IMG/VR virus record: IMGVR_UViG_3300023178_000038
DNA from: an uncultured virus (IMG/VR IMGVR_UViG_3300023178_000038)
Taxonomy: Duplodnaviria > Heunggongvirae > Uroviricota > Caudoviricetes
DNA: 20,000 nucleotides
Reading direction: 5' to 3' (one strand)
A program made the translations under genes and the position numbers. Positions 9,909 to 16,588 of this stretch are shown here, in pieces (within the stretch, counting starts at the first letter, position 1; the number at the start of each line of letters is the position of its first letter). The notes under the pieces were generated by a model. It saw only the letters and a program-made list of their open reading frames with translations, had not been told where the DNA came from and did not search any database.

Positions 9909-11815
9909 TACCAAAAAACCTCGTTGTATTCACTTTGCTTATAATAGCTATATGAAGGAGTATAGTCGCTTTCTGCTTCAGCTAACATCATTTTTACATT
10001 GGTACGTATACGTTTCATTGGAAACCAACTTGCCATAACTAAGTCAGTTTTAGTTTTTACATTACGTGAATTACTTGCACCTGCTTGTGAAAAGTAAATT
10101 AACTGTTGTCTAAATATATTGACAAGTCTTTGTGTCTTAGAATCTGCATACGGTATGTTTATCTTTTCTTGTTCATACATACCTACCATACTGGTTACAC
10201 CAAATGTAGGATCCCATTTATTTTTATAAGTCTGGTGTCCTTCTATACGTACACCATGATTAGCAGCCCATAACTTTATATCTCTATCTTGACCAATAGC
10301 ACGTTGAAATCCATTTTCTTCTATGATCCAGTGACTTAACCAATACTTGTCATACCATTCCTTCATTAAGTTATGTGCTTTTTGTATACCACCACCTTGA
10401 TCGTTCTTCATATCTACAAGCCATACTTGTTGTGTTTTTACGTTATATGCCCAAAGAACTGCTGCCTGATAACCTGTACTAGCAGGATCGAGTCCTGCAA
10501 TAAGACTTGTGCCTGGTGGTATGTCTCCTAGCTTCCTTGATTTATCTAAACACTTATCAATCATCTCTGCTGTAAATAACTCCATACCTTGTGGTATAGC
10601 TTTGTTTAGATAGACCATCTCAAATATATTTCTACCACCTGTAGTCTCTGCTGCAGCTAACTGTTCCATTAACCATTTATGTGTACGTTTATTTGACCAT
10701 AACATGTGTTTTGTATGATCTATAGATTCGTCTTCTAGCGGTACTTCTAAATCATGCGCACGATCAACAATAGTTTCCCATGCTTTGTTTTCTAAGAGAT
10801 GATGGTAAAGATCGTCTGGGTGTTGTCTTGATCCAATAACGACCATTCCTGTATGTTCCTCTTTTCTTGACTGTAATGTTGTGGTCCACCAGTTCCTGGT
10901 GTTTTCTCTAGCACTTGGCTGCACAGTACTTCCATGATCTTCGATATCGTCTGCGATAATAAGGTCTGCGTCTCTGGAAAGGATCTTACCTCCTTTTCCA
11001 ATTGCGACAAGAGTTGGCGACTTAATACCAGAGACTGTTCTAGTTGCAACAGTAAATTGACTGGACGACCAACTCTTTCCACCTCTATTAGAAGGTCTAA
11101 ATCCGTCCCAGTCTCCGTAATCTTGTATGAGTCCTTCATTATTCTCCAAATGATCTAGTACCGCACCTACGGAGTTACGTGCAATGTCTTCGTTACCACC
11201 GCACCACATGATACGTATGTTAGGATTTTTACAAATCATGTATACGCAAAAGTGTGTAAGTAGATCTGTCTTACCATGTCTAGGCGGAGACAAGATCATT
11301 AACCGCTTACCGTGCTTTATACTATCTAAGATAGCACCAATCCACTTCTTTTGAAAGTCTGGTGTCTCATAATTTTTACCTTGTTCTGTTAAGAAATATT
11401 GATCACGAAACTCAACAAAAGAGTTTACGTCAGCTTGCAACTCGAAGGGGTCCCCACGCTTTTCGAGCTTTGCTTCTTTTTCTACATCTTCGAGATATGC
11501 TGCTACTGCACGTGACACTGTTGATGGACTGCAGCTTAATATGTTTGCTACTTCCTTCTTTGTCTTCTTACCTTCTAAAATGTCGTTAAAAAAATTTTTT
11601 TTCTTCATAATGGCGTAGTAATCTCCTCTACGCTTCTGTACATTCTCATCTACAGTCTTTTCTACCTGGATCTCTTTAGTAGGTTTGTTTGCACGCCACG
11701 CTCTCTGCCGTGTTCTTTTAGAACACCTCTCACTACAATACTTTTTACGACCTTCTGGTAAGGGGACTAAACAGTTGTCTGCTACGCAGATGGTGATTTT
11801 TTCATTATTTGACAT
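9908..11815 (-). CDS. terL: Terminase large subunit with N-terminal Zn-finger and HTH extension
   Basis: Walker A SPPRHGKT, Walker B LIIADDIED, coupling motif IGSRQHPDDL, RNase H-like nuclease motifs AGLDPAS, IIEENGFQ and DLVMASW. Confidence 0.95.
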   Translation of the reverse strand: MSNNEKITICVADNCLVPLPEGRKKYCSERCSKRTRQRAWRANKPTKEIQVEKTVDENVQKRRGDYYAIMKKKNFFNDILEGKKTKKEVANILSCSPSTVSRAVAAYLEDVEKEAKLEKRGDPFELQADVNSFVEFRDQYFLTEQGKNYETPDFQKKWIGAILDSIKHGKRLMILSPPRHGKTDLLTHFCVYMICKNPNIRIMWCGGNEDIARNSVGAVLDHLENNEGLIQDYGDWDGFRPSNRGGKSWSSSQFTVATRTVSGIKSPTLVAIGKGGKILSRDADLIIADDIEDHGSTVQPSARENTRNWWTTTLQSRKEEHTGMVVIGSRQHPDDLYHHLLENKAWETIVDRAHDLEVPLEDESIDHTKHMLWSNKRTHKWLMEQLAAAETTGGRNIFEMVYLNKAIPQGMELFTAEMIDKCLDKSRKLGDIPPGTSLIAGLDPASTGYQAAVLWAYNVKTQQVWLVDMKNDQGGGIQKAHNLMKEWYDKYWLSHWIIEENGFQRAIGQDRDIKLWAANHGVRIEGHQTYKNKWDPTFGVTSMVGMYEQEKINIPYADSKTQRLVNIFRQQLIYFSQAGASNSRNVKTKTDLVMASWFPMKRIRTNVKMMLAEAESDYTPSYSYYKQSEYNEVFW

Positions 11816-11819
11816 ATCT

Positions 11820-11840
11820 ATATGCTATAGTGTAGCATAT
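11820..11840 (-). promoter_or_regulatory. Palindrome containing a candidate extended -10 (TGcTACACT) just upstream of terL
   Basis: Inverted repeat ATATGCTA-tagtg-TAGCATAT. On the - strand TGCTACACT ends 13 nt before the terL ATG. No SD present. Confidence 0.4.
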
Positions 11841-11851
11841 CAGGATAAGCA

Positions 11852-11883
11852 TTGTGGTGTTCCTGCCTACACAAACACCACAA
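11852..11883. repeat. Perfect 10-bp inverted repeat (hairpin)
   Basis: TTGTGGTGTT-cctgcctacaca-AACACCACAA, flanked by GATAAG on both sides. Confidence 0.7.
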
Positions 11884-12066
11884 GATAAGGATTCGTTAAT
11901 AGGGTTGGCATAGCAGGACCGCCTTAGTCGTGGGTTGAGCCACATTCCTCACATTTTATTTATTAGAGAGAGAGCGCATTTACTGTTACTACACTTAATA
12001 AACTGGTTTGGGTTGGGAGTGACACAGGGATCGAACCACCTACTACTAGAACTCGACATATAAAGA

Positions 12067-12122
12067 GTACAATATATAGTACCACTACATATAGTACCTT
12101 TAGACTACACTATATATAGTAT
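12067..12122. promoter_or_regulatory. Three NrdR-box-like palindromes
   Basis: Cores CAATATATAG (12070), CTACATATAG (12085) and CTATATATAG (12110), each followed by TA. They match the NrdR consensus acaCwAtATaTwGtg. Confidence 0.5.
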
Positions 12123-12132
12123 ACTGTAGACT

Positions 12133-12209
12133 GGGGGTGATCTGGACAGGGTTAAATGCTTATCCAAATACTCATCTAACCAACGTGGGTTCGACTCCCA
12201 CCACCTCCA
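12133..12209 (+). ncRNA. Mini tmRNA-like / tRNA-Ala-like RNA (tRNA-like domain only)
   Basis: Acceptor stem GGGGGTG (12133-12139)/CACCTCC (12202-12208) with a G3.U pair; discriminator A 12209; T-arm GTGGG-TTCGACT-CCCAC. No D-stem. A central helix GGTTA.ATG/CAT.TAACC replaces the anticodon arm. Confidence 0.7.
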
Positions 12210-12480
12210 CAAATTGCCACATAAACATTGACGTATTCATCTATATTTTCTCCGCGCCGCGATTGAACTATGGGGGTTATATAATCATGTGTATATTGTG
12301 CGTGTGGTTGTGTTGCGCGGTGCTGCGGTTTGTAGTCGGTTTGTGTCGTACTGTCTCGATATGCGTTCGACAACTAGAACACCAGGCGCTGCTTTAAAAC
12401 TTCCAGGCGTACCTGGTTTTAAAATCATGATCTCCAATTATTTTTTTTTGCGGAGATCTAAATCTTTGCGCACGTGATAC

Positions 12481-12506
12481 AAAGAAAAAGCGGACCGAAG
12501 TCCGCT
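12481..12506 (-). terminator. Intrinsic terminator ending the early-type gene block
   Basis: - strand AGCGGAC-TTCG-GTCCGCT-TTTTCTTT (cUUCGg tetraloop plus U-tract), 25 nt after the stop at 12532. Confidence 0.9.
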
Positions 12507-12531
12507 CTCTCTCTTCCTGGTTATTAGTACG

Positions 12532-12870
12532 TTACGCTAAGGGCTGCGTGTCTCCAGGAACTAATTGCTTTTGTAAGTAATGAAGACTAACAAATATGTG
12601 ATTCGTGTCTTCCTGGTCAACGTGTAAATCTAGGTCACTGTCTAACCAAAGATAATTATTTGATTCCTCGCCGAAGGTCTCAATATAATGCTCTCGTTCT
12701 GTGTCATAACAATAATCTAACACGTGTCTAATTGCTGCATAGAGTTCATAATCTAAGCGGATAGTATTCTTGGCTTGATAACCTTTAGCAGCATAACCTG
12801 AAACAATCCAGGCAGTGCTAACAATCCACAATAGAATTAGAACACCAACGTAATTAATTTGCATATTCAT
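12532..12870 (-). CDS. Hypothetical protein with N-terminal transmembrane segment, 112 aa
   Basis: Hydrophobic VGVLILLWIVSTAWIVSGYAA; SD AGGAG upstream. Confidence 0.75.
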   Translation of the reverse strand: MNMQINYVGVLILLWIVSTAWIVSGYAAKGYQAKNTIRLDYELYAAIRHVLDYCYDTEREHYIETFGEESNNYLWLDSDLDLHVDQEDTNHIFVSLHYLQKQLVPGDTQPLA

Positions 12871-13060
12871 ATCTCCTATTTATTTTTTCCACTAGCTTAT
12901 TATATTTAACTCTTTGCTCTTCGTCTATAACAATTCTAATTTCTGTATCAAGAATCTGTATAGCTTTACCTACTCCCATGACTTGTTCAGCAATGGTTGT
13001 GTCAGCTTTGACTCCTTTGGCAAAATTTAAAAGTAATCTATAAACTTCGTTTCTATCCAT
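12854..13060 (-). CDS. Hypothetical protein, 68 aa
   Basis: Abuts the ardA stop; SD GAGGA upstream. Confidence 0.7.
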   Translation of the reverse strand: MDRNEVYRLLLNFAKGVKADTTIAEQVMGVGKAIQILDTEIRIVIDEEQRVKYNKLVEKINRRYEYAN

Positions 13061-13651
13061 TTATATTCCTCTCCACAAATATATTTTTCCGTTTACTTCT
13101 GCTCTTTGCATATCTATAAGCATATCGTGGCGCACTGTGGACCAATCAATATAATTATATAATCTATCTGTTTCGCTCACGTCATAGATTTCCATAAACT
13201 CATATTCCAGGTGCGTGTTCTGTTCGTCTATGTTGTCGAAGACCTGGACGGAGTCAGCAAATTCTTTGAACTGTTCGCTTGGCTCGTATTGTATGCCGCT
13301 ACCAAATTGTTGGAACTCATCTTGCATTAAATAAACTTCTTTAAACGCTTTGATGTAGTCAAAATTTGGGACCAGTTGCAGCAGCTCAACATATCCGTAT
13401 AATTCTTTTGCGGTCATGTACTCACCGCCGCCAAAATCATTATCTTGTATGTGAACTTCATCACCGCCACAAACAAATGGAGTTTTTGCTCTTCTGTGAA
13501 TCTCTTCCACGTCAAGCGCGCGCTCTATCTGTTCAAGCGTTGTGTCTTTGTTTATTTGGAACCAATAAAAAGTCAAGCGCCCTTGATTATAACAAGCAAG
13601 GCAGCCAGGACATATTTCTATAAAGTTCTTTGTCTCTGTTTGTTGTGTCAT
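13061..13651 (-). CDS. ardA: ArdA-family antirestriction protein (DNA mimic inhibiting type I RM)
   Basis: N-terminal GCLACYNQGRL..YWF, central DEVHIQDND..GEY, C-terminal YIDWSTVRHDM; strongly acidic; typical ArdA size. Confidence 0.85.
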   Translation of the reverse strand: MTQQTETKNFIEICPGCLACYNQGRLTFYWFQINKDTTLEQIERALDVEEIHRRAKTPFVCGGDEVHIQDNDFGGGEYMTAKELYGYVELLQLVPNFDYIKAFKEVYLMQDEFQQFGSGIQYEPSEQFKEFADSVQVFDNIDEQNTHLEYEFMEIYDVSETDRLYNYIDWSTVRHDMLIDMQRAEVNGKIYLWRGI

Positions 13652-13652
13652 C

Positions 13653-13841
13653 TTATCTTATTCCCTTCAAATAATCTCTAAACATTCTTTTTGATTCCTG
13701 GATAGAGTAACCAATATAAACTTGCTTTGTTGCGAAGTCTTCCGCGTCATGCAAGATAAGAGCGCCATTAACAACGTTCTTATATACTGATATTTTGTTT
13801 GTACTGTGTTTGTCTAATCTTTGGGGATATTCCCATATCAT
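13653..13841 (-). CDS. Hypothetical protein, 62 aa
   Basis: Strong SD AAGGAGGT and its own promoter upstream. Confidence 0.75.
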   Translation of the reverse strand: MIWEYPQRLDKHSTNKISVYKNVVNGALILHDAEDFATKQVYIGYSIQESKRMFRDYLKGIR

Positions 13842-13861
13842 AACAACCTCCTTCTAAATCA

Positions 13862-13889
13862 ATTTTACCTGGATTAATTAAGTAATCAA
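13862..13889 (-). promoter_or_regulatory. Sigma-70/SigA-type promoter for the ardA operon
   Basis: TTGATT (13889-13884)-16 nt-TAAAAT (13867-13862), between a terminator and an SD. Confidence 0.65.
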
Positions 13890-13895
13890 GAACAT

Positions 13896-13936
13896 AAAAA
13901 AAAAGCTGCAACAATTCGGCGCTGCAGCTCTTTTTT
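13896..13936 (-). terminator. Intrinsic terminator, possibly bidirectional
   Basis: - strand AGCTGCAGCG-ccgaat-TGTTGCAGCT followed by a T-run; a T-run also follows on the + strand. Confidence 0.8.
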
Positions 13937-13953
13937 ATTTTTACTTTAGATAT

Positions 13954-14160
13954 TTATATATCTTTTATTCTTTCCTTTATCTCTTCAATGTCTTCCTCCT
14001 GTATATATTCCCATAACGTATCTTTTATTTGTTCGTTCGCAATTCGTAGATCAATTTCTGTTTTCAATCGACCACGCAAAAGTGCGACTTCGTCACGACT
14101 TTGTCCTGTAATCTTTACGCCTTTGTATTCAAACAAAATCATAATGTCACTCCTATACAT
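13954..14160 (-). CDS. Hypothetical protein (~62-68 aa)
   Basis: In the coupled - strand operon; may start at the second ATG (14142), which has an AGGAG SD. Confidence 0.7.
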   Translation of the reverse strand: MYRSDIMILFEYKGVKITGQSRDEVALLRGRLKTEIDLRIANEQIKDTLWEYIQEEDIEEIKERIKDI

Positions 14161-14417
14161 TCTTCGCAGTAATCCATGTCACAATGAGTAAACAAGATAG
14201 AGTCAAACTTGTTGTCCGCAGGTGTGTATACGTGGTCAGCTATTTGCAAATCACAAATATTTACGTAAAGCACTACGTACATACCTTCTTTTCTTATCCA
14301 GTTGTTTTCTATTGAGACTTTAGTCCAGAACTTACGCGCCTTGTCATACTCTTGTTGTAATATTTTATAGCCACCTATCGCAGCAATAAAACGTACAAGC
14401 AATTTAAAGCTATTCAT
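14139..14417 (-). CDS. Hypothetical protein, 92 aa
   Basis: SD AAGGAG; TAATG coupling to the upstream micro-ORF. Confidence 0.7.
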   Translation of the reverse strand: MNSFKLLVRFIAAIGGYKILQQEYDKARKFWTKVSIENNWIRKEGMYVVLYVNICDLQIADHVYTPADNKFDSILFTHCDMDYCEECIGVTL

Positions 14418-14500
14418 TATTCACACTCTCCTTCTCTACAACTATTGCATACTAATTCATTGCCGCAGCAGTCACAATATGCGTCTTGACATTCGCACAT
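14417..14500 (-). CDS. Cys-rich 27-aa micropeptide (metallothionein-like composition)
   Basis: Not in the ORF track. MCECQDAYCDCCGNELVCNSCREGECE*; SD AAGGAG; TAATG overlaps at both ends exactly fill the gap between neighbours. Confidence 0.75.
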   Translation of the reverse strand: MCECQDAYCDCCGNELVCNSCREGECE

Positions 14501-14709
14501 TATTTTAACTCCTTTAACTGACTTACTAATGATTCGTTAATAGTTTCTAATCTATGTATCTCTGTCTCCTGGAGTCTTAACTGTTGTGTAATAGACTTCC
14601 ATTCCCACATACGATTATTTCTCCAGGACTCATTAGCAAAGTAATATCCAAGCAGCACGCCTGCAATACCGAAGATAAGATGACTTACTACGTTAAAGTG
14701 ATACTCCAT
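14500..14709 (-). CDS. Small membrane-anchored coiled-coil protein, 69 aa
   Basis: TM segment VVSHLIFGIAGVLLGYYFA then a heptad-like tail; SD GAGGAG. Confidence 0.7.
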   Translation of the reverse strand: MEYHFNVVSHLIFGIAGVLLGYYFANESWRNNRMWEWKSITQQLRLQETEIHRLETINESLVSQLKELK

Positions 14710-15128
14710 TATTTCTCCTCACATTCATTGCAGCGTGTTAATTGTCCGTCACCTTTGAAGTACATGTTGCACCAGTCACATAAAGTTGCGCCGTCCATTT
14801 CGTGACTACCAATGTGTATCAATTCACCAACTTCTTTATTATTTTCTGTTAGTTTTATATCAACAAATGCGTCAATTGGTTCTAGTTCATATCCACTCTC
14901 ATCTAATTGCAAATTATTTTCAGTTAGCAATTCAGAATAAGTTTGACCTAACAAGATAGGTTCAACGATTACTAATTTTTCGTCACAAAAATTACATTTA
15001 AAACTATCCCATAAATTTTTTGGATATTTAAATGTAATTGTACTTGTATATCCGCAAATACAATCCCAATCATCTTCTATCTCAACTTCTAAATGAGTAG
15101 TGATTGTTTCAACTTCGTATATTTTCAT
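14709..15128 (-). CDS. Hypothetical Zn-ribbon-like protein, 139 aa
   Basis: CxC plus three CxxC pairs; SD GGAGGAGG; TAATG coupling. Confidence 0.7.
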   Translation of the reverse strand: MKIYEVETITTHLEVEIEDDWDCICGYTSTITFKYPKNLWDSFKCNFCDEKLVIVEPILLGQTYSELLTENNLQLDESGYELEPIDAFVDIKLTENNKEVGELIHIGSHEMDGATLCDWCNMYFKGDGQLTRCNECEEK

Positions 15129-15958
15129 TATTCCTCCTCCAATTCACTGCGTTGCGGCATTATCCAGGCATGCTTGTTAGTTGCATTGTCAGTGCCGCTG
15201 CATGTTTTCTGAAACAATACTGCGTCAGCAAAATTGCCGTCATAGTTGTACATGTATGTAAAGTGGTCATCTTTATTGAAGGTTAAAAATGTCATAACCT
15301 TCTTTAGATGTACTGGAGAATACTGTATATGAGTAATTGGTCTGCGCTTGTCAGGTCCAATAGAACCACGTGCGTCACTCCAAAAGTTTCTGAATATGTC
15401 TCTTGCACCTTCAATGCCGTCAACTTTATTCAACATTGTGAAGACTCCTGCGTTGTCTATCTCAATACTTACCCAGTCAGTAGTAATCTCTTTGCCGTCA
15501 GGCATAGGATACTTTGCGCCAGTTATCTCATCTGTAATAACACGCGGCTGCAGTATCTGTGTGTGTCCTTCCAATCTAAGATACATGTGTCCGTCCAGTT
15601 GTTCTTTGTTGTAGTGTTTATTTATTTCTACTACATCAGTATTGAACTCTTGAACATCAACACTTGCATATACTCTGTCAACGTATTTCAGTAATGGTTG
15701 GGGATCATTTTTCTGATACTGCGCCATAACTGAATCGTCTTTACAAAACTCTGTTATACCAAGAACATAACTGTCTGTTGTCCAGGCATACCATACGTTT
15801 TGTTGTACAACAAAATATAATCTATTCAATTTATTAGTTGAATGAAATGTTTTCTTGCTGCTTGCTAGCGTTGTCATATTTTTAAGCAGCTTTAAATCTG
15901 CTAAGGTAATAGGAACTCTAACCTGTAATTTGCCGTCATGAATATCTAGTTTATCCAT
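15128..15958 (-). CDS. Divergent DNA polymerase III beta-clamp-like protein (two domains), ~276 aa
   Basis: LASSK...LNRLYFVV...AWTTDSYVLG parallels DnaN domain 2 (ATDxYRL). IQYSPVHLKKV...AVLF...AWIMPQR parallels domain 3 (FNPKYL...LIMPVR). Start moved to ATG 15958 (SD AAAGGAG). Confidence 0.6.
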   Translation of the reverse strand: MDKLDIHDGKLQVRVPITLADLKLLKNMTTLASSKKTFHSTNKLNRLYFVVQQNVWYAWTTDSYVLGITEFCKDDSVMAQYQKNDPQPLLKYVDRVYASVDVQEFNTDVVEINKHYNKEQLDGHMYLRLEGHTQILQPRVITDEITGAKYPMPDGKEITTDWVSIEIDNAGVFTMLNKVDGIEGARDIFRNFWSDARGSIGPDKRRPITHIQYSPVHLKKVMTFLTFNKDDHFTYMYNYDGNFADAVLFQKTCSGTDNATNKHAWIMPQRSELEEE

Positions 15959-15978
15959 ACAACTCCTTTCCACTATTA

Positions 15979-16007
15979 AATTTAGTTTATAAGAGTTATC
16001 TAGTCAA
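15979..16007 (-). promoter_or_regulatory. Sigma-70/SigA-type promoter for the clamp-like operon
   Basis: TTGACT (16007-16002)-17 nt-TAAATT (15984-15979), followed by TAATAGTGG and the SD. Confidence 0.65.
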
Positions 16008-16214
16008 GTTTTTATTCCAACGATTGTTTCTAATTATCTTTTTCCTGGAGTCATCTGATTCGCAGGGTAGTCCGTCAATGTGGTGCATAAATTTTTCTTT
16101 GCATACTAAACATGGTTCATGTCTGTTGTATTCAAATTCAACACGCGCCATTAAAGATTGCAGCGCAAGTGCAGTTGTGCGCGCAGCTTTGTCTATATCC
16201 TGCGTACGACTCAC
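15996..16214 (-). CDS. Hypothetical protein, 72 aa, possible Zn-binding (CxxC...HH...C)
   Basis: GTGA overlap with the resolvase stop. Confidence 0.65.
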   Translation of the reverse strand: MSRTQDIDKAARTTALALQSLMARVEFEYNRHEPCLVCKEKFMHHIDGLPCESDDSRKKIIRNNRWNKNLTR

Positions 16215-16588
16215 GGCAATTGTTTCCAGAAGGGATCATCATAAAAACTATTTCCGATTTTAGATTCAACGATCTCGACAAAAGTATCAAGAGTTAAACA
16301 AACTATGATTGGTACACCATCTGGCTGCCGCCGACTCTTGTCAGTTTTTACCAGACGTTTCCATACCAGTGCTGTAAATTGCGACTTCGACTTCTTTATA
16401 GATTTAGCAAGCTCACGTGTAACATTAAGTGATTGTCTTGCCTTACACTCAATAAAAAAATCTTGACCATTCCAATTAAATAGTACATCTCCCTTGTCAT
16501 TGATACCACCTTCCGCAATCCTAGAACCATTCAACATTTTTGCTACGAATGTCTCTAGCTTTGTACCCTGTTGTTTTTGTTTTGACAT
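16211..16588 (-). CDS. Hjc-type (PD-(D/E)xK) Holliday junction resolvase
   Basis: SKQKQQGTKLE...GINDKGDV...FIECKA: the E...D...ExK catalytic pattern; 125 aa. Confidence 0.85.
   Translation of the reverse strand: MSKQKQQGTKLETFVAKMLNGSRIAEGGINDKGDVLFNWNGQDFFIECKARQSLNVTRELAKSIKKSKSQFTALVWKRLVKTDKSRRQPDGVPIIVCLTLDTFVEIVESKIGNSFYDDPFWKQLP

Noticed and set aside
10792..11888. ORFs overlapping terL (10792 -, 10934 +, 11362 +, 11685 +)
   Set aside because: Nested in or antisense to terL; no motifs, and no lipobox suggesting a spanin.
12015..12045. GGTTCGATCC T-loop-like motif on the - strand
   Set aside because: Stem extends only 2 bp and no matching acceptor stem was found.
11952..12059. 35-codon - strand ORF (MSSSSRWFDPCV...) as a possible terS
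   Set aside because: Too short, no SD, no TerS-like features.
12061..12125. Short repeats as a CRISPR-like array
   Set aside because: Units are ~10 bp with 5-15 bp gaps, far from CRISPR geometry; no cas genes.
12133..12209. Canonical tRNA-Ala, full tmRNA or attP interpretation
   Set aside because: No U8, D-stem or 5-bp/7-nt anticodon arm; no room for a tag ORF or pseudoknots; order is not permuted. Both acceptor strands are present and no integrase is in the window, although attP cannot be fully excluded.
12137..12477. Short ORFs 12137 +, 12176 - and 12289 +
   Set aside because: No SD, atypical composition, and they overlap the tRNA-like element and the skewed non-coding tract.
12380..16050. 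Apparent CCWGG enrichment in the early block
   Set aside because: About 17 in 3.7 kb versus about 10 in the first 3 kb by manual count; too small a difference to claim.
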